The position numbers and the translations under genes were made by a program. From the human T2T-CHM13v2.0 reference genome, Homo sapiens: a DNA stretch of 64,000 nt. The notes beneath the pieces were generated by a model that worked only from the letters and a program-made list of their open reading frames with translations, did no database searches and was not told where the DNA came from. Below, in pieces: positions 1 through 23,246 of the stretch. Position 1 is the stretch's first letter; each line of letters opens with the position of its first letter. The stretch lies in the NCBI RefSeq assembly GCF_009914755.1, contig NC_060944.1, one strand, 5' to 3'.

Positions 1-589
1 CCTGTGCACCCCTGTGCACCCCTGCCAGAAGGGGCCCATGCCATCCAGCATAAACATCCAGACAGGCTCACAGGAAGAGATGAAGCTCTTGGATCACTGC
101 AAATAAAGGCTTAAAGGTAAAGGGAGGGCAAGACCCCTTCAGCTCCAGGCCTATTCCCTGGACCCACCAGTTCAGCAGGGCTGGAGGCAGCATGCTTTGG
201 TGGACCAGTGAACCCAATCCCCACCCTCTCTCCTTCCCTTGGGGCCCAGAAGGCCTGGAGTGCATGTGTGAATCTGGGTGAGGGAGCAGGCAAGGGAGGG
301 ACAAGGGGAGGTTACAGGGGCTGGGCCCCAGGCAGGCCTGTGACAAAACCTTCTTTGCCTACTTTGGGGCTGAACTGAGTAAGCAGCTGATCCCACACCT
401 TCTAGGCCCGGGAAGCAGGGTACAATTCTGCAGCCAAAATATGTTAGAATGCTGCCAGAGGATTTCAGGATCCCAGTGCCAGGCATTTCAGGATCCTAGA
501 TTTTAGACCCTTCAAGGATATGTGTCCATCTGGGATTCAGGCATGATAGCCCATACGTACTGGATGGTGACGATGTGCATGGCACCATT

Positions 590-935
590 CTAAGCATGTT
601 ACAGCTATTAACTCACTTAAGGGACTCCATGAGGCAGGTATTGCTATACCCACTATGCAGAGGGCACTGAGCACAGACAAGTAACTTGCCCGAGGTCACA
701 CAGCTGGAAATGGTAGAGAAGCTGGAACATGAACCCAGAAGCTGTGCCCCTGGCCACAGGGCAATCCTGCTTAACGGCAGCACGAGGTTATGGGTGAGAG
801 CTCTGATGGCAAGGCAGGCTGCCTGGGTTTAGATCCTGGCTCCTGTACTGCGCGGCAGCATGGTCTTGATCACATTACCTGCCTGTGTCTGTTTCCTCCT
901 CTGTAAAATGGGGATAATAACGGTACCTCCCAGCA
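590..935. mobile_element. MIR fragments
   Basis: MIR core-like motifs aagtaacttgcccgaggtcacacagctgg and ctgtttcctcctctgtaaaatggggataataacggtacctc. Confidence 0.6.
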
Positions 936-1545
936 TTAGCGCTATCTCCAGGCCTAGGTGTCCTGGATCCTTCTGCCCCCTTTACACTCTGTGCAGCATC
1001 CAGGCCTGCTTGTAATGAGCTCCTCTACTCCCCCACCAAAGCTCTGGTGAATTAATGTCCCTGTGGGGTATAAGTGACTGACAGTAACTTCCTCAATCTC
1101 CTTGCAGCCTAATCTAAGAAGATGCCTTCTAAAGAATAGCATTCTAATGTGAAATTTTAGTCCTGTGAAAGGCTAATGGGAGAAATCAGATTCCAAGATT
1201 ACAGAAAAAACAGGACGATGAGTATCTCTAAAAGAAAATGTTCACTTGTAGTATCGATGGGGTTAGGTGGCCGATACAGGATGAAAGGCTTTCATTTGGC
1301 TCCCTGACTTGCTGGGTTTGGGGATTTCCCTGGTCCTGGTCATTACCTCTTTCCTCCTGCCCAGCATGTGCTCACACCAGCCCCTCTGCCTCACAGTCCT
1401 TCCCACAGGCTCTTTTTCTTACATTTTTTTAGAGAAGGTAAGCTCAGAGGGACTTTTAATATGCCAATCGATGTTAATAAAATATAAGTCAAAGACAAGT
1501 GCAAACATGCTTTCAACCAACATTAATGAGGAAACGACACAAATT

Positions 1546-1854
1546 CTTTTTCTTTTTATAATTTATTTTATTTTTGAGATGGAATCTCGCTCTGTCACCC
1601 AAGCTGGAGTGCAGTGGCATGATCTCCACTCACCACAAGCTCCTCCTCCTGGGTTCACTTCATTCTCCTGCCTCAGACTCCTGAGTAGCTGGGACTACAG
1701 GCACCTACAACCACGCCCGGCAAATTTTTTGTATTATAGTAGAGATGGGGTTTCACCGTGTTAGCCAGGATGGTCTCGATCTCCTGACCTCGTGATATGC
1801 CCACCTCAGCCTCCCAAAGTGCTGGGATTATAGGTTGAGCCACTGGGCCTGGCC
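1546..1854 (-). mobile_element. AluY-like SINE
   Basis: Reverse Alu with T-tract at 1546 and ttagccaggatggtctcgatctcctgacctcgtgat. Confidence 0.9.
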
Positions 1855-2299
1855 CTGTTTGTTCTTTTACATTAACTTTACAATGTATTTGCCATGTTTT
1901 AAAAATAAATTTAATTGGAATTTTATTGAAATTTTATGAGACATGATTTAGTCAAAGATGAACACACAACATTATTATTACTGTTTCCATCTAGCTATGG
2001 CATATTTCTTTTTTTTCTCTAGTTGTCTTTTATATCACTCAATAAAATTTGTGGCTCTGGTACATTTCTTAATAATCATACATTATATTTCATTATTTCT
2101 AATTATTATAATGGATCACATGTACATTTACTATGTACCACATATTATGAGATAATGAATATATTCATTATCTCAATTCATAAAACAATCATGTGATTTA
2201 GTTGGTGTTATTACTAGATTATTACCATTGTACAAGTAAAGAAAATAAAGACAAAAAAAAAAAAAGAAAAGAGACTCAGCAAAATCAAACCAATAAAGA

Positions 2300-4540
<2,241 letters not shown>

Positions 4541-5190
4541 AAGTGACAGGCCTCAAACTAGGCAAATCTTCTATACACATATCTGACAAGGGACTTCAGG
4601 AAATCTTAAAAGTTTCAATGATGAAATAGGAGACTATAGACAAAAGACTTGAACAATGCATATAAGGAACCCAAATAACCCACAAATAAATGAAAATAAG
4701 CTCAGCCTCCTTTCAAACCACAGAAGACTATTTCATATTCAACTGAAAAAAATGATATCAAGTAAAGGCAAGAATGTGCACAAACCAGTACCCACATAAG
4801 CTGCCAGTGGGAATGTAAAATGGTGTTACTTCTTAGCAAATTTGGTATCATCTATTAAATAGTTCACTGTGCATAATCTTGGGGCCAAGCACTGCCATTA
4901 CTGGGCACATGCAACGGAAAATCTCTACATGTGAACCAAAAACCAGCACCATCGTTTGTATGGATTATAAAAAAAATCAAAAATAGAATGGACAAACAAA
5001 TTTCACTCTCTACAATCATATAATCAGACAGTGCAGCAAGGAAAATGAATGAATGTAAGAAAACCACAATGGTAGCAAAAAACAGCAAGTCAGAATATAT
5101 AAGGAATGATTCCTTTTATGTAAAGTTTCAAAATATGGAAAACTCAAAAATATCTTCTGTAGGGAGAAAAACATACATTCTTAGAATATA

Positions 5191-5391
5191 TTAGACGAAG
5201 ACTTTTACTTGTTTCTTTTTCAGTTTAAGGATCTGCTGTTCTACTTTTGCAATTTCTCGATCTACACGATCCATACACTCTATTAACTCTTCCTTTGAAA
5301 GTTTTGAAGGTGAAGCATTTTGATCATCTCCACACGGTTGCCCCAGAATTGGAGAGGATGGAGCTTCATGTTTGCCTCCAAATGCTGGATC
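5191..5391 (-). CDS. NCOR1P1: NCOR1 exon 5 homolog (183 nt, 5209-5391) plus donor read-through VKVFV-stop; GPS2-interacting coiled-coil region
   Basis: Acceptor ttttattctctaaag|GATCCA at 5392; peptide DPAFGGKHEAPSS...LSKEELIECMDRVDREIAKVEQQILKLKKKQ; ancestral donor CAA|GTAAAA at 5208; in-frame TAA at 5193-5191. Confidence 0.88.
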   Translation of the reverse strand, partial: DPAFGGKHEAPSSPILGQPCGDDQNASPSKLSKEELIECMDRVDREIAKVEQQILKLKKKQVKVFV

Positions 5392-6627
5392 CTTTAGAGA
5401 ATAAAACCAAGAAAAACAATTCATTTCTCACTAATAGAGTCCAGATTGCCTTAAATGAAAAAGTCAGTTTTAAACCACAGCAGAGCCATGTGTACTATGT
5501 GTCTAATGAAACCTTTAGTAGTAACTTTCATATTTACATATATGCAAATTCTCACCTCACTTTTATAGTTTAGATATACCCTGTACTATTTTGAAGAGCC
5601 TAAAAGCTATACAAAGTCAGGTGAGTTAGTGTTGATCAGCCTCTAGTGTAACAATACTGAAATTATAGAGAATTTATAGGTAAATAATGCAATCATGACA
5701 AAGGAAGATACCAACTTCTCAGCCATTTCCTTGCAATGGCTCTTCAAATGGTCTGAACAACTAGCTGGGAAAGAGTATTATTCCAGGTAAAACTTGTGTG
5801 TCCACCCAACTTAACAACTGTAACATGGCCAAGTGTTCCTATCAAAAGTTTTCAGGCTTTCCAAACCAAAAGTGAGGTACACAAGTCAGAGAAGTGACCT
5901 GGGAACTTCAGCTGCTACTATCTCTGGGCCTACTTTCATAAAGCCCACACTACAGCATACGTAACATTTCCTTAGCCAAAAACATCCCATTGCACCTCCA
6001 AATCAGCAGAGCTGTAGCAGAATGAAAGCCCCTTCACCCAAAATCCACTACCCTCCAACACACATCCACACACACCCTATTAATTTCCAGTCTGCTGTAA
6101 AGATATAAGCAATATTATGAAACAGATAAATTTTAGAGTACTAATTTTATTTAGACTATGAGAAACCTACAATGAGGGTGGTTCACAGGATTACAGAATC
6201 CTAAAATGTATTAAATAATGATTAAGGAACTGTGAAAAGTCAATAGTTCTGAGCCAAGAATGCATACAGGAGATAACTGGACAGTTGCTTCAAAACACTT
6301 TAGTACAGATATTTCAGCTAGTATACATTGATGAAAAGCCTCATATTCTCTAATAGTATGCACTGAATCTAAGAGGCCTTCTGGGAAAATAAATTATGGC
6401 TATACCCTAAAACCTGAAAAATTCTGTGAGGAAAGCACCAATAAAAGCAATAACAATTCTAATAAACTTAATAGAGTTAAAGCTCCAGTATCCTTTGCAT
6501 CTGGCATACAGTCAATCTTTGGCAGCTTTAAGCCCTACAGTTTATGTCCCTCTCTTAAGATGTAAATCCGTGAGGTCATTGGCTTCCAAAGTAAACCAGT
6601 ACGTTTCATCTAAATAAAATATCAGTG

Positions 6628-6930
<303 letters not shown>

Positions 6931-7754
6931 TCAGATTTGGCATATAACCATCTTTATCAACCTCTTTTTCTCCCCCTCCCTCCTTTATCAACGTTAAAAA
7001 ACATACAAGAAAATTTGTCTTCACATTGTCTTTTCAGTGCTCGAATCTTCACTAACACTATGAAAAGCACAACAGTTCCTAAATTCACTAAGTCAGTTAC
7101 TACTTGCAGTAAATGAAAACTAAATGCAGAATGTTCAAATATTTTTAAGTCTTCATGTGTTGTGAAGCCTTTTTCTTTCATTATGAGACAGCGTACTTCT
7201 GAGAACTTAGAAATGTTAATGCATAAAGAAAGATCTTTGGTGAACCACCAGGACTTTCATGATACATTAATTTCATTCTCCCACTATATGCATATGAGTA
7301 AATTTGTGTTACAGAAACATATATAATAGCAAAAGAGATTACATTTTGATTCAGCAGACTTCAAAAGTGCTCCTCAGGTGATTCTGATGCATGCCCAAAG
7401 AATTAATATTACAAATGAATATTTTCCACTGAATTCCTTTCTAAATATTAATTATTTAATAAGAAACCAAATCCTCAAGTGCCTACTTATATAACAGGAA
7501 TAGGGTGGTGGATCAAAACAGACAAGATATCTGCCTTCATGAAGCTTACAATCTTGGGTTGAAACAGCCAGATACCAATCCTGAAGAAAAAGAATTAGAT
7601 TCTTACCTCATATCTTACATAAAAAAAAGCCAAGTAACAGCAAACATTTATAAGAGGCTTATTAGCAAATCACAAAAAGCCTCAAGTTAAAAAAAAAAAG
7701 AATACATTATCTTGGGTTCAGGAAGGCCAAAAGCAAAAGATATAAAAGACATTA

Positions 7755-8144
<390 letters not shown>

Positions 8145-8421
8145 TTATCAAAACAGTAATAACAAATTAAAAAGGCAAATGATTAAATAGGAAAACCATT
8201 GCAAAACATGTACTCTAACAACTCAATATAAAATAAACCAACAGAAAAATGGGAAACATATATGAAAAAATAATTTACAAAACAAGAAAAATAACCAATA
8301 AACAAAAAAATGTTAAATTTTACTAACAAATAAGTATAAGTTAAAAACAATCATCAAATTAACAATCTTTTTGTTAAACAATAAGCGTGGTGTCAGCAAG
8401 GATACAGAAGGAGTGGGTACC

Positions 8422-8723
<302 letters not shown>

Positions 8724-10107
8724 AATAAATAAATAAATAACTATATTTAAATAAAGTTATATAAATAACTTTAATCAGTGAACTTTATTTATTCATATGT
8801 GGAATTCTAAGTAGCCACTAACAATACAGTTGTAAACTTATTGGCACAAAAAGAAGCTAAGCACGTATTTAAGCAAAAGTAAAGTTAAACAGAATGTACA
8901 AAGTGAGCACATTAAAGTATTCATACGGGCTGACTCTGGACACACTGCCTAGGGGTTAGCCCTGTTCCACAAGGAGCAGCAGAAAAAAAAAAAAAAACCA
9001 TAAATTTAAATTAAATTCAATTTAAATTTAAATCATACACACACAAATAGGGAAGAATCAACATGAAAATGTTCATAACTTTTAAGTGGTAAAACTGTAG
9101 GTAATTTTTTTCTTTCAAGCTTATTTAACTCTTCTATAAATGATATACCTAAGCTTAACATTAAAAAAAAAATCTAACAAATGTTAGTTCTTTTTAAATC
9201 CTTACTTCTGGAGGTGGGCAGTTGGGAGAGAATGGGGAGAGGGAGATGGAAAGAGAAGTATTAGTTAGTAGTAGTAGTCATGGTTTACACTTTAGAGGAA
9301 AAAAAGCAGGACTAGAGTCAGGGGTCCTGGGTTAATTCCAACTCGGGAGGTACTATCTAGGTCACTTAATTTTTCTGAACATCCAGTTTCTCAACTATAA
9401 CATGGAAATGCATCACACTACAACACAACACGTCTCATTTTAATGAATGAGTTTTTAAGACACTTTTCTGCTAAAAAACGAAATTCTATAAATTACATTT
9501 GTGGTAATGTATTCAGCCATGGAAGATGACCTTTATTCACTATATTTTTAAATTTCTTTTTTTTAATGCAGCAGAACATTTCTTATAAACCCCACAGACT
9601 ACTGTATGATAAAAGATATTTCACATGATAAGGTGGGTCACAAAACACCTAGAAGCTTAGCTAATTTCTAGCTTACGGCAAAGAATTTTTCCCCATCCAA
9701 CTTACTATTCCAAAAAATTTCAAATTCACTTAAAAGTTGAAGGAACAGTATAGTGGACACTCATTTATCCTTCATCTGGATTCACCAGTAGTTAACATTT
9801 TAACATATTTGCTTTCTGTGTGTGTTTGTGTATGTGTATAAAACTTCATTTTGGCTGAACTATTTGAAAATAAATTGTAGATACATTTATTATCTTTTAA
9901 ATTACTCTTCATTGCCTGAAAACTCAAAGAAAATGTGGGGGTACTTATTTATTTGATATCAGGGAAGAAAGGGCAATTAGGCATAAAGGTTAATAAACAT
10001 TATAGAAAAAAGATTTGATGGCAGTAAAAACATTTTAAACTTCAGTATGCTTAAAAAAAAAGAAAAATTGAAACAAAAAGACACTGGGAAAAATATTAGA
10101 ATATGTT

Positions 10108-10652
<545 letters not shown>

Positions 10653-10689
10653 GTAGCCACAGGGGAGAAAATGTGTTTTATATATTAAT

Positions 10690-11388
10690 GAACAAAAATT
10701 AAGAATGACCACAGGCTTCTAGTCAGAAACCATACAAGCCAGAATACAATGATATGACATCTCTTAAAATACTGAAACTGTCAACTTAGAATTCTATATC
10801 TAGTGAAAATAGTCTTCAGAAATAAAAACATTTTCAGGCAAATAAAAGCTGAGAGAATTAATTGCCAAAAGACCTAAACTGAGAGAAATGAAGTGCTTCA
10901 GGCAAAAACACAATAATATCAGAAGAAAACCTGAATACAAAAAAGAATGAAGGATGTCAGAAATGATATATACACAGGCAACTAGAGAAGGAAAAAAACA
11001 ATAAAGAGTAGAAATCAGTGAATTAGAAAAATAGTGAAAATGATTGAAACCAAAGCTAGTTCTTCAAAAATCTATTAAACTGATAAACCTCTAGGCGGAC
11101 TGATTAAAAAATAATAATAAAAATTATCAACATGAGGAACAACATCGCAACATATCTCAAAGGCACTGAAATTATGAGGAAATATTGTGACAAATTATTT
11201 CAATAAATCTGATACCTTAAACAACAAAATATACCCAAACTGACTCAAGAAAAAATTGAGTGTCTCAATTATAACTATTAAAGAAATTGAGTTCATATTT
11301 AAATTCTTCCCACACAAAAAAATTCTGGGCCCAACAGTTTCACTGATGAATTCTATCAAATATCTAAGGATGAAAAAATATCAATCCC
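10690..11388 (+). mobile_element. Old L1M fragment
   Basis: Degenerate L1 ORF1/ORF2-like A-rich sequence (tcaacttagaattctatatctagtgaaaata; tataactattaaagaaattga). Confidence 0.65.
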
Positions 11389-12161
<773 letters not shown>

Positions 12162-12348
12162 CTACACAAACCCCTTAAGAAAACACAGGAGTAAAGAGCA
12201 CTCTCCAAGCTAACATCATTCTTAATGCAGAAAGACTGAAACTCAATGCTTACCACACCACATATAAAATTTTAATTCAAAATAGGTAATTTACCTAAAT
12301 GAAAGCCCTATAATTATAAAACTTAGAGAAGAAAACATAAGTGAAAAT

Positions 12349-13126
<778 letters not shown>

Positions 13127-13178
13127 TTAAGAAAATGAGGCAATACTTTTTTTTTTTTGGGAAAAGTGGCTTAATTTC

Positions 13179-13927
13179 TTTTTTTTTAACTTATTATTAT
13201 TATACTTTAAGTTTTAGGGTACATGTGCACAATGTGCAGGTTAGTTACATATGTATACATGTGTCATGCTGGTGCGCTGCATCCACTAACTCGTCATCTA
13301 GCATTAGGTATATCTCCCAATGCTATCCCTCCCCACTCCCCACACACCACAACAGTCCCCAGAGTGTGATGTTCCCCTTCCTGTGTCCATGTGTTCTCAT
13401 TGTTCAATTCCCACCTATGAGTGAGAATATGCGGTGTTTGGTTTTTTGTTCTTGGGATAGTTTACTGAGAATGATGATTTCCAATTTCATCCATGTCCCT
13501 ACAAAGGACATGAACTCATCATTTTTTATGGCTGCATAGTATTCCATGGTGTATATGTGCCACATTTTCTTAATCCAGTCTATCATTGTTGGACATTTGG
13601 GTTGATTCCAACTCTTTGCTATTGTGAATAATGCCGCAATAAACATACATGTGCATGTGCCTTTATAGCAGCATGATTTATAGTCCTTTGGGTATATACC
13701 CAGTAATGGGATGGCTGGGTCAAATGGTATTTCTAGTTCTAGATCCCTGAGGAATTGCCACACTGACTTCCACAATGGTTAAACTAGTTTACAGTCCCTC
13801 CAACAGTGTAAAAGTGTCCCTATTTCTCCACATCCTCTCCAGCACCTGTTGTTTCCTGACTTTTTAATGATTGCCATTCTAACTGGTGTGAGATGGTATC
13901 TCATTGTGGTTTTGATCTGCGTTTCTC
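13179..13927 (-). mobile_element. 5'-truncated young L1 (L1PA2/3-like) 3' end
   Basis: ORF 13404-13775 is the L1 ORF2 C-terminus (LELEIPFDPAIPLLGIYPKDYKSCCYK...). The 3'UTR ends cctaaaacttaaagtataata and has GAG rather than the Ta ACA diagnostic. Confidence 0.95.
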
Positions 13928-14420
13928 CTAATAATCTAGATACAACAAATATATAGATATATGTTTTCTAAGTAATTTTACCTATAATAATCAAAAACTG
14001 GAAAAGTTGACCGGATAAACCAATTGTGGTATACCCATACTCAACAATAAAAAGGAATGAACTGGGACATTCCAGACATGGATAGATAGCAGAAGTATTA
14101 TGGGAAGCAAAAAAGGTCATAGACAAAAGAGTTCCCATGAAGCTCAGAACGTATACAATGATTTATGATAGAAAGCAGATCAGTGGTTTCCTAGGAGCTG
14201 AGGTTAGTAGGAAGTGGGGGAGGAGGACTGACATGGGTGGGTGTCAAGGAGAATGAGGTGCCAAGGAATGTGCTGGAGTGTTAGAAATGTTGTTCATCTT
14301 CATTTTGGTGATGGTTCTATGAGTTTATGAATTTGTCAAAATTTGTTACAATGTACACATATAATGAGTGCATTCTAATATAGATATATGTGTATATATA
14401 TAAACTAAACTGCAAAGTTA

Positions 14421-14719
<299 letters not shown>

Positions 14720-15638
14720 GATTTTATGAAAAAAACAGCAGCAACAATAATCCGGAAAATTGGTAATCAGATGAGTAACACCAGGGTAGGGGGACAACAC
14801 AAGCAAAAATCAACACCCAATCATGACAGAAATTCTCAAACTAGGAACAGAAAACAACCTCTTCAACCAAAAAAGGCATCAACAAAAACGTGCAACTAAC
14901 ATTACACGTAATGGTAAAAGACTAAATGCCTCCCTACACAGGAACAACAAGAATGTCCATTCTAACTCTGTAATCATGACTACACTTCAAAGGAGTCCTC
15001 AGTAGGACCCCGTAGTACATTTTGATGACAAATCTGCTTTCTTAGTCTCTGAGATGACCGTTTTATCCCATCCTTTCCTATTTTTCTTTAAACCTCTTAC
15101 ACCCATATCCTTGGTCTACTCTGAGATGATTATTTCACCTCATACTTTATTTTTCACAAGGTAAATCAATCTCTTACAAACTCTTCCTATGATAAAGTCT
15201 TCCTTCCTATCTACCATCCCTTCCTTCCTACCTACTATGCAAATCTTCCTACCATCAATCTCTCAAGAAGACAGAGGTCTATCCTGGCCATCACTCAAGA
15301 CATGCCAAGTTATCTGGCCAGCTTAAAACTCAACCACAACTTGGGAGTATAAATATAGGTCTTACCCTAGAAATTCTAGAGAATTGATAAGTTTTCCATT
15401 TATCATCAACTCCTTTCATCAAAAGCAAAGACAAGTTCAACTCCTCAAATTGGCATAAAGCCACAGTAGGAAGACAGAAATAATTAATTCCCAACCTTTG
15501 GTTCCTCATCTTTGTAAATAGCTCTTGCCATTTAAAAAAAAGGTAAATTTGGTGGTTTCTACCAACATGTGTATTAAATAGGAAAAGTAAAGAAAAACAC
15601 AAAAAACATGTGCAATTTGCATAGTATTTGTTCCTTAC

Positions 15639-15746
15639 CTGCTGGTGGTGGGTGCTGGGAAACGTATACTTTACAGAGTGAGGAGGATAATGACTTTGTT
15701 CTGTGCTGAATGCTCCTTGGTTGGGAGGGTAACCTGAACTTGACAT
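15639..15746 (-). CDS. NCOR1P1: Coding part of the NCOR1 exon 2 homolog (36 codons); full exon 15639-15816
   Basis: ATG at 15746-15744; donor CAG|GTAAGG at 15638; acceptor tttcccatcctgtttag| at 15817, 70 nt upstream of the ATG. Confidence 0.85.
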
Positions 15747-16362
15747 TATCAGTAAAGAAGTCCTCACCAGACTGTGAGATCAATGCCAATAAACAATCAT
15801 GTTTCTAGGAAAACATCTAAACAGGATGGGAAAAAAATAGAATTAATAAGAACTAAAACACCAAGTGTACTTCTAATAAATTATAACTATAGCTACATAA
15901 ATAAAACCACAATTACCAGTAAAAGCTTCCTCTCAAGTATTTACTTAATAAAAGTTACCAAGGTTTGAAAACATTAATGTGTCATTTTTTATATTTAAAA
16001 TAGGTTAATATGTGACAAATAATATAATTAGCTATATAAAGTAAAAACAGTATATAAAAACAGCATAATATCTGGCACATAGTAACTGCTCAGTAAATAC
16101 CTTTCTACAAATGTCTGAGGAATATAAAGACAAAAATACATGGTTTTAAATTTGGGAGTTGATAAGTCAATTGTGAAAAGAATTCAAGAGTAGTTTTAAG
16201 GTAAGCATTTGTGCAGAGGAAGTATTGTCTTTATTAAATAATTCTGAAGCAAGGATGATAAAATACTAAGTTTTGTAATCACAGATGGTAGGTAGATGGA
16301 CATTTGTTATGTTACTCTTTGCATGCTTCTATGGAACTGAAATAGCAGATAAAGAAAAAGAA

Positions 16363-16715
<353 letters not shown>

Positions 16716-17565
16716 CTAGATTAATTTGATTTGTCTGTCTTTTCTTGTGCCAATGCCACACTTTTCAAATTACTCTAGTATTACGAGGTTTCATATCCAG
16801 CAGGGCAAGTTTCACCTCACTGTGCTTTGTTGTTGCTGCTACTTTCACCACCTTCCCAGCTATTCTAGCACATTTTCTCTTACACACAAGCATCAGAGTC
16901 AGCTTGTCAGGTCCCAGAGAAATTCTGGATGAGAACACATAAATATTGAATTCACAGACTGACTAATGGGAGAACAGGTACCCTTATACGTCTGAGTACT
17001 CCAATCTTAAAACATGATTATCTATGTTTATGTTTCAGGATAACACAAATATTTATGTTATACATAATTAATATGGGAATATTTTACATACATGTGGTAG
17101 AGAATATTACACATATATAAAAATGTGTGCAATAATATATAATTTCTATCTTAATTATATATAAAACTCCCAAGACAAAAATTTTATATACACATATACA
17201 CATGTGCATGTGTGCACATACACTCTTACTTTAAGACCAGAGTTCTATTATTACCTAATTGGGTGGTTTTAAAAAATAGAATTTAAATATAAGATGAAAA
17301 TTATATAATTGTATACATAAAAATATAACAGATATAATTTTATTTACATAAAATCTCCACCCATTTAATACTTTATTAGTAAAGTTTTAATTTTCTTTCC
17401 ATCATTTCAAGGTATTTGGGAAGAGGGCAAATTCAAAAAATAATTCAGTATGACAAATTGATCAATTTCCCAGTTTTTATCAATATATTCTTTATCCAGT
17501 TAGGTTTAGAAAACAAAATTTTCTAAGGAATTGTCTTTCAATCTAACTTTAAAACAAAACTTATA

Positions 17566-20117
<2,552 letters not shown>

Positions 20118-20828
20118 TAAATATATCATCCTTTCTCCTGATGTCACGTTTCCTGCTGTTGTGAAAGCTGACCAGGAGAAGAGTCAGAAGACTCACCAGC
20201 TGTCCCTCAGTCTGTTTTCTCCCTGCTCCCTTCCAAGGCCCGAGGCATGGAGGTCAGCAAATCTTAAGGATTGGAAGGCTGAGATTACCCAACTAACACT
20301 GATTTGACAGGTGAGAAACGTGACAATCAGAGAAAGTCAATAATTCCTCCAATATCATAAAATTGTCTGTGGCAAAATGGGAAAAACTAATGTTTTCTGT
20401 AATGCTTTGCAGCTTTCTCAGCAAATAGTGAACTAGGAGGAGCTGAGATGTTCAGTGAGACCACACATTAAAACCACCTGAGGAGCTGTCTCCTCATCTA
20501 TACATCTGCAACTGCTTCAGGTGGAAGGGGAAAAGCCAACATGTGGCATTGTGGGGAGGGTTGATCTTTTTGGAAATAAACATTATATGCAGGACTTAAG
20601 AGTTTTTAAAAGTACCACAGAATACAAAGTGAAAAATCTCCTCACCCTTCTCCTCCAGCTGCTACCCATTTACCCTCCCAGAAGGCAACCAAAGTTACTA
20701 GTTTCTAGAGTGTCCTTTAGAAATATCCTACACATACATACACTCACACTTTTTCCCCTATGTAAATAGTGGCATACTAGAAACACACTGTTCTGTATCT
20801 TGCTTTTATTACTTAATATATCTTGGTA

Positions 20829-21482
<654 letters not shown>

Positions 21483-22924
21483 TCACTATATGAACGTTCA
21501 TGCATTTTATAAAAGTTGTCCAACTAATTCTGATCTGCTGTCCTAAAACATGCTTTAAGTGATCTATCTCTGCACTCTCCTCCCAACTCAGACATCCCAA
21601 ATAAATAAAGCTATAAATGGAATGCAGAGTCAAAAAAAAAAAGATTTTAACCCAGGGTCATCTCATTTTTTTCTAACAGTGGCCTAAATGATTAGAAACC
21701 CATGAGGTACAATTTTTTAATGCACATTGTTTAACTTTCAGCTATGGTGAGTCCTGAGTTCAACAATTACACTCAATGTCTCTCAAAGTCACAAGTTAAG
21801 TGACTTCTCCATTTTTTCCCTCATCTCAGTAATCCTTCCTGTTGTCCTAGTTTTGTGGTATGACTTTAATGGAGTTTAACATTATTATCTCAAAAAAAAA
21901 ACCAAAAAAGTCAGTTTTATTTAAAAGTACTGTTCGCCCAATACAGAAGGAAAAAAAAAGTAAAAACACTAGCAAAATCAGGAAATTAGCCCCTACTGGC
22001 ATACAAATTTACAGGTCAAAGCAAGCCCTTCCTGTCCTCTCATGAACTGCAGCCTGGAGACCACTACAACCTCCTTCCTCAAAACTTATCCACGAGATAC
22101 ATGGCAAGAGTGCTCAGATGTTGTTTTTTAACCAGAATGTTTTCCTCAAAAGTCTTAAATGAAAGCTAAATGTACAAAAGGTACAATGGGGAAACATTCT
22201 GATCTAGTGAGAATGGGAGACCTAGGATTCATCTTTTCAGTCTCCCCCTGCCCTTCCCCATCCCTCCCTCCACCCTTCACTCCAGTCCTGGCTCACTAAG
22301 ATACCTCGGCAGAATACTTTACATTTGAAACCCACTGAAATGAAAGAATCTAAAGTTCAGACTGAAGGGGAAGGGAGCACCTTAAGTGGCAGTATCAAAT
22401 TATGATTTCAGTTCTTAGCACCAAAACTCATTAACTCAGGGTAGTTACATGGTTGACTCATGAACTAAAAAAATTCTATGAATTATTTAAGAAATCTGAT
22501 CAAGATTTTATGAGCAACTTCCTCATCTCTTACATATCAACACATAATGTTTTAGGATGAGAATAATATAGTAATAATTATATGTCACTGTCATAAAAGA
22601 CAATAGCACTTCTAACTGAATTATACAGATAAACCCAGAACTAGCCTCTTATATATTGCAAACAGGTAATACAATATTGCAAAATGAAATTGATCTATTT
22701 AAGTTCCTTTTTAAATCTTCTCATATTAAATAAACACACACATATTTACTCAACAGGAAAATCTTGCAACAACAAAATTTCAAATACTATCCTGCCAAAA
22801 AACAAGCAATTTTTCCTCTCAGCAGGAACTCCTGGCTTTTGGCCCATAACCTTTGCATAACGAAAATATGTTATGCAAAGGTGTTCAAGGTGGCCTAAAC
22901 TACCTTGGAAAAAAAGCTGAAAAT

Positions 22925-23246
<322 letters not shown>

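Noticed and set aside
15330-15767. 145-aa ORF as a single-exon gene
   Set aside because: Only 36 codons are NCOR1-derived; the rest is intron read-through past a strong GTAAGG donor.
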